In this document: positions 1 to 9,104 of the stretch, in pieces
How positions within the stretch are numbered: the first letter of the stretch is position 1
Layout of the letters: each line of letters opens with the position of its first letter
From: a virus
Lineage: Duplodnaviria > Caudoviricetes
Length of the DNA stretch: 64,000 bases
Direction: 5' to 3' (one strand)
IMG/VR virus record: IMGVR_UViG_3300020576_005257
Location: 170,928 to 234,927 of that record
Position numbers and translations under genes: made by a program
Notes under the pieces: generated by a model
Seen by the model: the letters and a program-made list of their open reading frames with translations, nothing else
Told to the model about the DNA's origin: nothing
Database searches by the model: none

Positions 1-652
1 AGTCAGCTGCTGCTCTGCCAAGTGTTTCAATCCATCCAGCAGGAATAATCTCCCAATCTACTTGTTCGGGCCAAAGAGTTACCTGTCTAGTTAAAGCCAA
101 TCTGTCATCAATAGCTTGAGTGGAGATCTTAATATCTGTCCTAGTCATAGGCCTTAATACAAAGAAACAGCTCTCAACTTGCACCTTAAATAGAGGAAAT
201 TTGGTTGATTTTTGAAGCTCTGCAATCTCTTCCTCTGAAGGCTCTCCCCAAAATGGAAATGGTTGAATAAGAGTGGTATAAATCTCAGGGGCCAGAATTC
301 TATCAGCAATATCAACATCAAGGAATCCTGATCTTTCTTGTATAACCTTAGATACTGATGGTACTACTCCAACTGGAAGATTATATTTTTCTTCTATTGT
401 GAGTTTAGGCCACAAAACACATTGATCAAACACAGCTTGGTGAACTTCATCTAAAGGTAGATGATTCTTACCATTGCTTTGCTTGGCAGCACTAACCATC
501 TCCATGATATATGTGTATGTCTCTCTAGAAATGGTCTTAAAGATAACCTGATCTTCTCGTCTTGGCCAATCATAGCTAAGAATAGGGATACCAGGATTAA
601 GTGCCTTAATCTCTGCGATTGTCTGTTCGGATGCTTGTCCTTTTCCTATCAT
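1..652 (-). CDS. Probable tail assembly chaperone (3'-truncated by window edge; missing from ORF track)
   Basis: Open frame from ATG at 652 (MIGKGQASEQTIAEIKALNPG...) running off the left edge; two internal repeats (CVLWPK / VTLWPE); lies downstream of tube genes. Confidence 0.55.
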   Translation of the reverse strand, partial: MIGKGQASEQTIAEIKALNPGIPILSYDWPRREDQVIFKTISRETYTYIMEMVSAAKQSNGKNHLPLDEVHQAVFDQCVLWPKLTIEEKYNLPVGVVPSVSKVIQERSGFLDVDIADRILAPEIYTTLIQPFPFWGEPSEEEIAELQKSTKFPLFKVQVESCFFVLRPMTRTDIKISTQAIDDRLALTRQVTLWPEQVDWEIIPAGWIETLGRAAAD

Positions 653-660
653 AATTTCAC

Positions 661-1488
661 TTAATTTTGTAAATCTTCAAATTTAATTACTTGAATGTTT
701 CTAGCCTGGAAAGTATAGCTTTCCATAATTGGCCTACCATCATCACCTATGACTTTAGTTACACCACCCAAACTAACTCCAATGATTTTAAGGCCAGTTG
801 GAATTTTAGTATTTAATTTGGGTTCATGTGTATTAGTGATGCTCGGTGTCATATTATCTGTACCAGAGAATCGTAAAACTTGCTCACTTTTTATTTGGGT
901 GCCATAAGTAATATTTAAATCAAAGCCCTCTTCCTTGGTACGGAACATGGGTGCTTCATTCAGAATAATTGGTGAATAATTACCGCCGCCACTATCCAAT
1001 AAATCATCATTATATACTTGATCTACGATTTTAGATAGGGTCCTACCCTTATAACTTCCAGACCTGATAGCATCAATGGTCGTTTTATCGTATCTAAATA
1101 AACCATACTCTGTTCCTACAGCAGGAACAGGGTTATTTGCTTCGTTGTTTCTAGATCCAGTAAGCCAATTTTCTTCTCGTTTTAGGGCACTTATCAAAGA
1201 AAAAATATAACCATCTTTCTTGAAATTAACACTCAGCTCACCAACAATTAATCTCTGACCATGCACCATACGATCGGGTACATAGCTAGCATAACCATAA
1301 ACAGGCCTAATGGGTTCTATAATCTGATAGCTAACCTGTACAGCTTCTTCTAGTCTGATATTGTTAGCATAAACTCTAACATCCTGCCCAGACCAATAGG
1401 TTGAATCAAATCTATCTACAACCTTCCACTGCTCACCAATTTCATAAGAAGGTGGTCTGTAAGAATTATTATTTGGTGTTAGTGGCAT
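661..1488 (-). CDS. Tail tube-fold protein (paralog 3)
   Basis: YWSGQDVRVY...PVYGY...HGQRLIVGEL motif shared with 2972..3748; ends YTFQAR. Confidence 0.65.
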   Translation of the reverse strand: MPLTPNNNSYRPPSYEIGEQWKVVDRFDSTYWSGQDVRVYANNIRLEEAVQVSYQIIEPIRPVYGYASYVPDRMVHGQRLIVGELSVNFKKDGYIFSLISALKREENWLTGSRNNEANNPVPAVGTEYGLFRYDKTTIDAIRSGSYKGRTLSKIVDQVYNDDLLDSGGGNYSPIILNEAPMFRTKEEGFDLNITYGTQIKSEQVLRFSGTDNMTPSITNTHEPKLNTKIPTGLKIIGVSLGGVTKVIGDDGRPIMESYTFQARNIQVIKFEDLQN

Positions 1489-1697
1489 TAACTATCTCCT
1501 AAATGAACTGCATCCTGAATTTGAGACAATAAAGAAGATATTGAAATATTCAAAGCAGAAGCATCTCGATTAAGTAGAGCATAATTTGCTGTAGTTAAAG
1601 GAGAACCAGGGATAGTTGATTCCTCATAAACAGAGTTAAATGAAGCTTCATAGGGGTTTATGTTTAAAGATTGAATTGTAGTAATAATCTGGTTCAT
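1488..1697 (-). CDS. Small hypothetical virion-module protein
   Basis: 69 aa, stop overlaps next start, AGGAG RBS upstream. Confidence 0.55.
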   Translation of the reverse strand: MNQIITTIQSLNINPYEASFNSVYEESTIPGSPLTTANYALLNRDASALNISISSLLSQIQDAVHLGDS

Positions 1698-1708
1698 CTT
1701 AACTCCTA

Positions 1709-2923
1709 TTAAATTCTAGTAATTGGAATTAAGCTTCCAATAGCTAACAAATTCCCATTACCATCAACCTTCCACTTGTTATGGTGCCATACCCCATTAC
1801 TAAAATATGTATTAGTGGGACCACTTAAAGCTATATTCACAACAGTACCAACCCCAGCTTCTTTTATAGATAAGATCTCTACTGGGTCCAATCTAATATC
1901 AAGTAGTACAGTTTCTAAGGAGAGGTCTGCTGTTATCTGGAAGTTATGGGGGTTTAACGGGTCAATACAGACCCTGTGGGATGTTGAACAGTAAAAAGTA
2001 CCTGTCTTGGTTACAACTTCGTATATGGGCTGATTTTCAATAATGTTTTTTGCAATTACTGTTTCCTCTGTTCCTTTCCAAGAAGTAACCTTATCACCCA
2101 CAATTAAATCTTCTGCTTTAACCAAAGCGAAAGGTGTGTGAATCTCAGAACCTAACAACAAACACTCCGAAGACATCATACCCAAACTACCAGAAGCCGA
2201 AACAGAAGTTATGTTGCTAAAAGCTTCCCCTTTACTTGGCAGATTAGTAGTCTGAACATTGGAGGTTAATACAGCTTTAGGTGGCTCTGGTTGTCTTCTT
2301 TCTGGAATTGAAACTAAATTAAATTGGGATAAATCATTTATGTCAGTAAATGATTGTGCCATAAACCCATAAGAGTCCCCAATATTAGGATCATTGATAT
2401 TAGCATTTCTACCAGAGTCAGTGATCTCAATACCTTTAATCATCAAAAAGGCATTATCATTAGTTGCATGGAGACCTTTAAAGACAACTAATAAATCAAA
2501 TTTAGGTAATTCGTCTGGAAGAAGTCTTAAAGCATTGTAAGCATTTCCAGACCAGGAAGCAAACTCTCTTAACAAAGGGGCGAAGGGGTTTTCATTTATA
2601 AACGTAAAACCCAATGATCCAGCGATCATTCTATGCCCCCTAGTGGTTCCCTTGCTACCACGAGAACCTAAAGAAACAACGGGGTATTTGTCTCTGTGAG
2701 TAGAAATAGCTAAAAGAGCTAAATTATAAAGGGGAACTTCAGTTAATTTGCCCTCTTTGCTGTTTAAAGAAAAAGGAACAAGGGCAGTAACGTGCATATC
2801 GGATGGAGAATATACTTTGGCATTTTTATACATGGCTGGGATTTTAGCTCCCGTTGTGTACACATAGCCATCTAATTCTACATCACCTGCTTGTCTATAG
2901 ATAGGGTCTCTATATTCTGCCAT
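1709..2923 (-). CDS. Tail tube-fold protein with C-terminal Hint (intein-like) domain
   Basis: N-part RGHRMIAGSL...LPDELPKFDL like tube paralogs; C-part CLLLGSEI...STSHRV...TYFSNGVWHHN. Confidence 0.75.
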   Translation of the reverse strand: MAEYRDPIYRQAGDVELDGYVYTTGAKIPAMYKNAKVYSPSDMHVTALVPFSLNSKEGKLTEVPLYNLALLAISTHRDKYPVVSLGSRGSKGTTRGHRMIAGSLGFTFINENPFAPLLREFASWSGNAYNALRLLPDELPKFDLLVVFKGLHATNDNAFLMIKGIEITDSGRNANINDPNIGDSYGFMAQSFTDINDLSQFNLVSIPERRQPEPPKAVLTSNVQTTNLPSKGEAFSNITSVSASGSLGMMSSECLLLGSEIHTPFALVKAEDLIVGDKVTSWKGTEETVIAKNIIENQPIYEVVTKTGTFYCSTSHRVCIDPLNPHNFQITADLSLETVLLDIRLDPVEILSIKEAGVGTVVNIALSGPTNTYFSNGVWHHNKWKVDGNGNLLAIGSLIPITRI

Positions 2924-2932
2924 AAAACATAC

Positions 2933-2959
2933 GGTAGCTAGGGCTTAGCCCTAGCTACC
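2933..2959 (-). terminator. Stem-loop after major tube gene
   Basis: GGTAGCTAGGGC-TTA-GCCCTAGCTACC perfect 12-bp inverted repeat. Confidence 0.6.
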
Positions 2960-2971
2960 CCTCAGTTGGTA

Positions 2972-3748
2972 TTAACCAACTGTAAGCGCAGTCCACGGCG
3001 AGACTGCAAGAGCAACAAAGGCCATACCCATTTGTCCGCCCATATCTGCCTGACTGATACCACCAGTTTCCTGGGTAATCTGCACACCAAACAGTGTACA
3101 TTTTCTAGCTGCTCCTGACTTATTAACACCAACCAACGTGATGTCAAAAGGAGGAATCTGATCTGCGTATTGCAAAATCACATTCTTCGCAGCAGAAGCA
3201 GCATCAATAATTTGCTCCTTCAACTGTGCCTGAAGATCAGTTGCACTAAGTCCACGGAAGTTAGACAATCCACCAAGATTGTTAGCATCTGGGCTTTGGT
3301 AGGTGAAACCACCACCAAGAGCATTAGAGCCAACTACCTGAGTTGTGTCAAAAGTGCCGTTTGACAAGTTAAGTCCATTAGTTCCTTGTGAAAGATTCCA
3401 CAAATCACCAATAACTCCAAGTCTACTTTCATGTAGCCGCCAAATCTCATGTAAGAATGCATGTTGGGCAAATTCTTGTAGAACCAGTGAACCAACGACC
3501 ACCCGTTTGCCTTGGGTAAAGGCAACGGGATCGCGGCGACCCATAACATGGTTACTTACAGTTTCTGTGCTGGTGGTCCAAGAAATGGCCTCAGCGTTAC
3601 CCACTTTAGTATCGTTAAAATAGACTTGATGGTCGTGACCCGAGAAAGTCTTGTCAGCATAGTCCGTTACACTATAACTAGCCTTTTTAGGCTTATAGTT
3701 TGCGGAATATGAAGAGTAGGCTCCTCTTTGAAATGGATTAGTTCTCAT
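2972..3748 (-). CDS. Major tail tube protein
   Basis: Immediately downstream of sheath; FSGHDHQVYF...QGKRVVVGSL...YADQIPPFDI. Confidence 0.75.
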   Translation of the reverse strand: MRTNPFQRGAYSSYSANYKPKKASYSVTDYADKTFSGHDHQVYFNDTKVGNAEAISWTTSTETVSNHVMGRRDPVAFTQGKRVVVGSLVLQEFAQHAFLHEIWRLHESRLGVIGDLWNLSQGTNGLNLSNGTFDTTQVVGSNALGGGFTYQSPDANNLGGLSNFRGLSATDLQAQLKEQIIDAASAAKNVILQYADQIPPFDITLVGVNKSGAARKCTLFGVQITQETGGISQADMGGQMGMAFVALAVSPWTALTVG

Positions 3749-3766
3749 TGTGTTAGTTTATCCTTA

Positions 3767-5521
3767 TTAATCAACCTGTCTAATCGAAACGACAAGCTTA
3801 ATCTGTCTGATTGCGTTGGCAAGAGCCAATTCAATAAAGACGGTAACTATTCCAACGTTACCCTCTGTTCCGAGCATTTCAACTCGATAGTCGTATCCTA
3901 CGCCTCTACTTCCTCTTAGACCACCACTCATGTTGTAGCCTTCAAGAACATTCTCGATTCGGCTTTCCATAGCAGCTCTAACATCAAGCCCACTAGCCTG
4001 ACCCAAGAAGCCGCGAAGCGCGGTTTGAAGGTCTTTCTGGATGGAAGCTGTCATGTGTCTAGCTTGGTAGTTGCGATAATTTGAGTCTCTCTGACCAGCA
4101 GTTACGTCATCATTAACTACAAGGTTGGCTAAAGGATTAACCTGGTCTCTTACTAAGACAACGTAAGCACCTCCACCACTGATATTGTTATTCATATCAG
4201 CACCCACACCATTTTGCAACAATGTCGCATACGTATGGGGGAATGGTCGAGTATAACCCTTAATACCCGGAATAGGAGTTTGAGTTGCTGATTGTTCTGG
4301 CGGAATCGTAGTTAAGAAAGCGGCATAGGCAACTACAGGAGAAGTTGTATAATCTCCACCCATATCTACGTGGCTATAAACCACATCAGGACCCGCAACC
4401 ACGGAAACATTTGTAAATACATCGTTAACAGTACCCCTTGCACCTGCTCGACTTCGACCAGTATAAAGAATAGGACCTGCTTTAATCCACTTGCTAGCTT
4501 GTTTAAAGTAGCCATACGAAGTTGCCAAAAGGTTACTAGTAAGCCAGTTAATGACTTGGTTGTCGTCTCTGGAAGTGAAGCTTCTTGTACCAATAACACC
4601 GTGACACGGCATAATTTCGGCAGACATAGCATCAACCCAATCCGCAAAGTCATTAATGATACTAGTACTAGTAGCATTACCACCAGCAGTTACCTGATCA
4701 TCAACATTAATACCAGTCAGACAAATAATATCTGCTCCGTATCGTTGGTTTCTAAGAGATTGGAAAGTTCCTGTAACCGCTGCTACAAGGCCACCCGCAT
4801 AACCAAACAAACCTGAACCAGCAGCTGTGAAATGTTCTGGGCCAAAAGTTTCGCCTCTTGCAAAACAACCATTAGTACCACCACTAAAACTGGCGGTACC
4901 AGTAATACTGGCTGTTAAAGAGCTTAACGTGGAAGCAAGGAAAGGATTTAATGCATCAGCAGAGTCATCAATTTCAACGACTTTATTAGCAAATGCACCA
5001 TTAACTCGGGTAATAAACTCACCTAAAGTAGTACCACTAGCACTACCTGTAAAACTTAAATTACCGCCCTTACTAAGAGGCTGAGTTAGCGTAAAGGTGT
5101 AAGTGTCCCCGGAAATACCGAGTGACATGGTTTGTGAATTATAGATTCTGCCAGGATTCTGGGCAGTACCTACAAGATAACCACCAGAACCCAATGTTAC
5201 GGTAGCTTTAGTACCGCTAGCTCTAACGACTGTAATATCCTTACAACCAGCTGAAATAGCCTGAGCAATAGCTAGAGGAAGAGTAGCACCTGCATACTTC
5301 CCTGTCTCGGTTCCAGTAATAGGATCTAGGTAACTATTACTATAATTTGCTGGACCAAACAGCTTTTCAGCTTGAGTGGCATCATCAATCCGGACGGGCT
5401 TATTCAACGGCCCATCTAGAGCCGTACCGATAATAAGTAGGCTGTTAGTTGTGGGACCCTCCACAATTTGTTTGATTTTACCACCAATTGTGGTAAAGGT
5501 AATTCCTGGAATAACTGACAT
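3767..5521 (-). CDS. Tail sheath protein
   Basis: LIIGTALDGPLNKPVRI...AEKLFG N-terminus; C-terminal IELALANAIRQIKLVVSI typical of contractile sheaths. Confidence 0.85.
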   Translation of the reverse strand: MSVIPGITFTTIGGKIKQIVEGPTTNSLLIIGTALDGPLNKPVRIDDATQAEKLFGPANYSNSYLDPITGTETGKYAGATLPLAIAQAISAGCKDITVVRASGTKATVTLGSGGYLVGTAQNPGRIYNSQTMSLGISGDTYTFTLTQPLSKGGNLSFTGSASGTTLGEFITRVNGAFANKVVEIDDSADALNPFLASTLSSLTASITGTASFSGGTNGCFARGETFGPEHFTAAGSGLFGYAGGLVAAVTGTFQSLRNQRYGADIICLTGINVDDQVTAGGNATSTSIINDFADWVDAMSAEIMPCHGVIGTRSFTSRDDNQVINWLTSNLLATSYGYFKQASKWIKAGPILYTGRSRAGARGTVNDVFTNVSVVAGPDVVYSHVDMGGDYTTSPVVAYAAFLTTIPPEQSATQTPIPGIKGYTRPFPHTYATLLQNGVGADMNNNISGGGAYVVLVRDQVNPLANLVVNDDVTAGQRDSNYRNYQARHMTASIQKDLQTALRGFLGQASGLDVRAAMESRIENVLEGYNMSGGLRGSRGVGYDYRVEMLGTEGNVGIVTVFIELALANAIRQIKLVVSIRQVD

Positions 5522-5583
5522 GCTTATTTATCTCCTAATATAATAGAGTACGTTCTATTCTCGTTCATTTTCTGTTTATTTTT

Positions 5584-6501
5584 TTAAGAGTCTTCCAATT
5601 CGGACTCTGTAATTCTTTCTGGGAAAGTTTCTACTGGTTTTCTAGAACTAAAAGTCGTAACAGTAGGGGCGAACAAATACTCAATAACAAAATCTTCTCC
5701 TACTTGAGGAGGTGTTCCTGCATCATCTAACCACTTAATTTGGATGGTATTATCATCCATTCTGACTACTTGATAATCAATGCCAGCATAAAGGTTACTT
5801 AGTTCACTGCTGTTAGATCTGAATTTTACTATGGACTTAATGTCTGTAATAGTAAAAGTTGATTTATTAGGAATTGGCACATACAAAGAATTAGAACTTG
5901 TTCTAGTTAACCTTTCGGTTACATCTATATAAGATCCAACTCTTGTCTCCACTACGATTTCTCTGAGTTCTGGAAGGATGACTTTATATCTTACTGGAAG
6001 AACTATGGTGTATCTAATTGTTCTCACATTTAGATCATCTTGACTCTTCCAGTCGTAGTTTGAATCCCCCATTTGTTGCTCAAAAACCAGGACAAGGCCT
6101 GGAAATTGAAGCTGGAGTAATCCTTCACAGTCATTTATAGCATTTTCTAGGTCCCAAGCCAGACTATTGACTTCTGTGTTGGAGGTTCCAAATACAGCAA
6201 ATTCCAAAGTAATTCGAAATTGTTGTTTGTGAGTTTCAACTAATTGACCAAACTCATCTGTGCCCATAGTCCCAGAGTAAGATGCCCCTCTAGACTGTGC
6301 AATTCCATGCTGTCCACCACCAGGGACTCTACGATAGATTCTCCAGGTGATTGTTGGTTGAGTTACAGCTTCTTTAGGGTAACTCTCAGAATATGCAAGT
6401 TTATACTTGTTGACAAAGAATTCTCCAATAAGGTCATAAATATATGACCCAATTGCATACGGATTCACGTCCGCTCTTGTGTCAGTTGGTAAAACCGCCA
6501 T
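5584..6501 (-). CDS. Tail terminator/completion protein
   Basis: Position upstream of sheath; PTITWRIYRR...LEFAVFG..N.EVNSLAWDLE pattern. Confidence 0.55.
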   Translation of the reverse strand: MAVLPTDTRADVNPYAIGSYIYDLIGEFFVNKYKLAYSESYPKEAVTQPTITWRIYRRVPGGGQHGIAQSRGASYSGTMGTDEFGQLVETHKQQFRITLEFAVFGTSNTEVNSLAWDLENAINDCEGLLQLQFPGLVLVFEQQMGDSNYDWKSQDDLNVRTIRYTIVLPVRYKVILPELREIVVETRVGSYIDVTERLTRTSSNSLYVPIPNKSTFTITDIKSIVKFRSNSSELSNLYAGIDYQVVRMDDNTIQIKWLDDAGTPPQVGEDFVIEYLFAPTVTTFSSRKPVETFPERITESELEDS

Positions 6502-6523
6502 AGCTGTCTTACTAAATAGAGGG

Positions 6524-8452
6524 TTAAGCAGTTCTCACATTAAAGGAGATTTTTAGAATTTCTCCATATATAAGTCCTTCTATAAATACCCTCATTACTC
6601 CATCCATATAATCTACTACTACATCTTCGATAGTTACATCTTCAATTACAGCCAACTTAGTTTTCAATTCTGTGGCTATGTTTTGTTGGTATCCTCTTTG
6701 TAACTGGAATCCAATAAATTTACGTAAATAAATTGTAGCTACGCTAGATATTTCTGATAGTCTGGTAGTATAAGAATAGCTAAAAGTAGTATCTAAACAA
6801 ACTCCCTTATCCACTGCAATACCAGAACCAATCCACCTTCTGAATAAATTTATGCCGTTTAAATAAGCTAACTCTAATTCATCTTCTGAGAAGACAGGAT
6901 CTACTCCTAATACTTTTGCCGATTTATTAGTAAGTAAACCATTATTTTGTAAAGTAACTAGTGCAGCAGCAAGAACTGTGGGCTTTTTGTAAGATTGGGC
7001 TCCAATTTGTAAGAAACAATCTCCACCAAACAAAGCCACCATAGGGTGTTTTATTTGAGATCCTCTTATATAAGCTAGTACATCGTCTAAGTTATTACCA
7101 CTCCCAGCAGCAGTTACAACACCTATATAAACATCATCCAGAGTTACTCTACTCGGAATAGCTCCTTGGATGCCACTAAGTGTAACCTTGGTAGCAGGTT
7201 TCTTAAACTGAAGACCCATAAAATGAGCTGTACCAGAAGCTACACCAGTCAAGCTATCAGCGTAGAACATAACCTCATTCCCAGAGTAAGCCTTAACTCT
7301 TAACCTGTACTCGCCAGACCCCAACCAAAAACCTAGACTATTTATCTTATATCCTGTTGAAGGGGGTGTTAAAGTAATTGTAGTAAACGTATTATTAGGA
7401 AAGAGTTGTAAGCCTTTGGTTCCCCCGTGAACTCTGTTATTACCATAACCAGACTGTGTACGATCAATTACCAACCCAGTAGGAGAAACAGAGCAGCTTT
7501 GAAGTACTGAGAGGGATGTATTATGAGTGAACCCCTCAAAACTCTGAGAACCAACCCCAGGATTCTGTAGTTTAAAAGCTGTTTCCGCTGTATTGGCCCC
7601 ATAATAAGGATAAGCACCATCTAAAGAGGGAGCTTGGAAACCCCAAATTCTAAGTTGATAGGTTTGCTCTAGGAAAGAACTATTAAGCAAATCTAAAATA
7701 TTACTGTCTACAGGACCAAGCACAAATACATGAGTGACATCTGGGGGTATGGTGGATGAATTAATGAACTCATTTACAGCATTATAATCAATCACCCCGT
7801 TAAGACCACCTGTCATACTAACAGATGTAAATATGGTGGGTGTTTGTGTAGATTCTGCTATATAGAAAGGAATGATGCCCAAACTAGAATCAGAATTTAT
7901 GTTTTTTACCATATCCTCCACTTCACCTGTATAGGTTCTGGTAGGAAATTGTTGAAAGGCATCAACTATAATACTAGTAGCTGTAGTTGTTAATGTAATA
8001 TCATTAAACTGGAGTCCTTTATAGTTGGACATAAAACTCCAACCATCACGAACAATCGAGGCATAACTACCACCAATACGACATACATAAAACCCAGCCG
8101 CACCATTATCTAGTAAATAATTACTAGCATTTAGAAGATCTGCATCTCCTAAGTATGGGGTGTAAGTAAAATCCATAACATCCCCAGTACCACCGATGGA
8201 TCCGAAATACATAGTGCTTTCTTGAACAGTAGGCCTATATAAAACTCCTGTTCTACCATCAGAACTTTCGTTTTTTACTGAAGATTGGTTTGGGTAATCT
8301 AAAACAACAGAACTGGCCGTCGCTGTGATAAATTCAGTTTGAACATAATCACCACCAAAAATTTGTTTAAGTTTCGCTAAGTTGTCTACCCTTGTTACTA
8401 AGTTACAAGGTCCATTAGTTGCTGTGCCCACAATAAGACAATTAGTCGCCAT
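6524..8452 (-). CDS. Second sheath-like protein with inserted beta-sandwich domain
   Basis: LIVGTATNGPCN...LKQIFG N-terminus paralogous to sheath; sheath-like C-terminus (GEILKISFNV). Confidence 0.7.
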   Translation of the reverse strand: MATNCLIVGTATNGPCNLVTRVDNLAKLKQIFGGDYVQTEFITATASSVVLDYPNQSSVKNESSDGRTGVLYRPTVQESTMYFGSIGGTGDVMDFTYTPYLGDADLLNASNYLLDNGAAGFYVCRIGGSYASIVRDGWSFMSNYKGLQFNDITLTTTATSIIVDAFQQFPTRTYTGEVEDMVKNINSDSSLGIIPFYIAESTQTPTIFTSVSMTGGLNGVIDYNAVNEFINSSTIPPDVTHVFVLGPVDSNILDLLNSSFLEQTYQLRIWGFQAPSLDGAYPYYGANTAETAFKLQNPGVGSQSFEGFTHNTSLSVLQSCSVSPTGLVIDRTQSGYGNNRVHGGTKGLQLFPNNTFTTITLTPPSTGYKINSLGFWLGSGEYRLRVKAYSGNEVMFYADSLTGVASGTAHFMGLQFKKPATKVTLSGIQGAIPSRVTLDDVYIGVVTAAGSGNNLDDVLAYIRGSQIKHPMVALFGGDCFLQIGAQSYKKPTVLAAALVTLQNNGLLTNKSAKVLGVDPVFSEDELELAYLNGINLFRRWIGSGIAVDKGVCLDTTFSYSYTTRLSEISSVATIYLRKFIGFQLQRGYQQNIATELKTKLAVIEDVTIEDVVVDYMDGVMRVFIEGLIYGEILKISFNVRTA

Positions 8453-8489
8453 GTTATCTATTCCTTATATCCTAAGGGAAAAAATTGAT

Positions 8490-9104
8490 TTACCAATAGG
8501 TAGTTCTGTTCCAATCTTCTAATTGGAAGACTGGGATATTAAGCATTAGTGGTAGGTTTCTACCTAAAATGCTGTGTTCTATATTATATGAACGGAGATC
8601 TACTGCCATAAATGCTACTTCTTTCTCAAATCTATCAATAGTAGCTTTAATTTGTACGACATCTGTTACACTTACAATTCTTCTTCGTTGATCTGTTGGA
8701 ACTGACCATACAGGAACATTCCACTCTACAAAAAAGATTATATCTTCGTAGGTAGGTTTAATTTTTCTGGGAAGGTATCCTACAAAATCCCAATTTTCAG
8801 TGTAACCTGGTTCGGTTTTGTTTACATTCATCCCCATAGCGTGACCTTGGAAGATTCTAATGGGAACAATTAATGGTATTACCTTTTTACCAGTCCCCCA
8901 ACAAATAGGACAAGGCTCACCCTCTAATCTTAATCCGTTCTCAGAGCCAGTAGCGTAGTCATAGTGTATTGGGCATGGGTCATTTTGTCTCTTTCTTAGA
9001 TAAACCACATAGTCGGGGTTTTCAAATATGAATCCCTCAGCAGCCTTACCTAAAGGCTTAGAAATCTTCCAGCTACCTTTATCTTGATTCCACTCTGAAC
9101 TCAT
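8490..9104 (-). CDS. Head closure/neck protein with Zn-finger
   Basis: CP...CPICWGTG motif; position between adaptor and tail genes. Confidence 0.6.
   Translation of the reverse strand: MSSEWNQDKGSWKISKPLGKAAEGFIFENPDYVVYLRKRQNDPCPIHYDYATGSENGLRLEGEPCPICWGTGKKVIPLIVPIRIFQGHAMGMNVNKTEPGYTENWDFVGYLPRKIKPTYEDIIFFVEWNVPVWSVPTDQRRRIVSVTDVVQIKATIDRFEKEVAFMAVDLRSYNIEHSILGRNLPLMLNIPVFQLEDWNRTTYW

Noticed and set aside
461-664. 67-aa plus-strand ORF
   Set aside because: Antisense to the longer minus-strand chaperone-like frame
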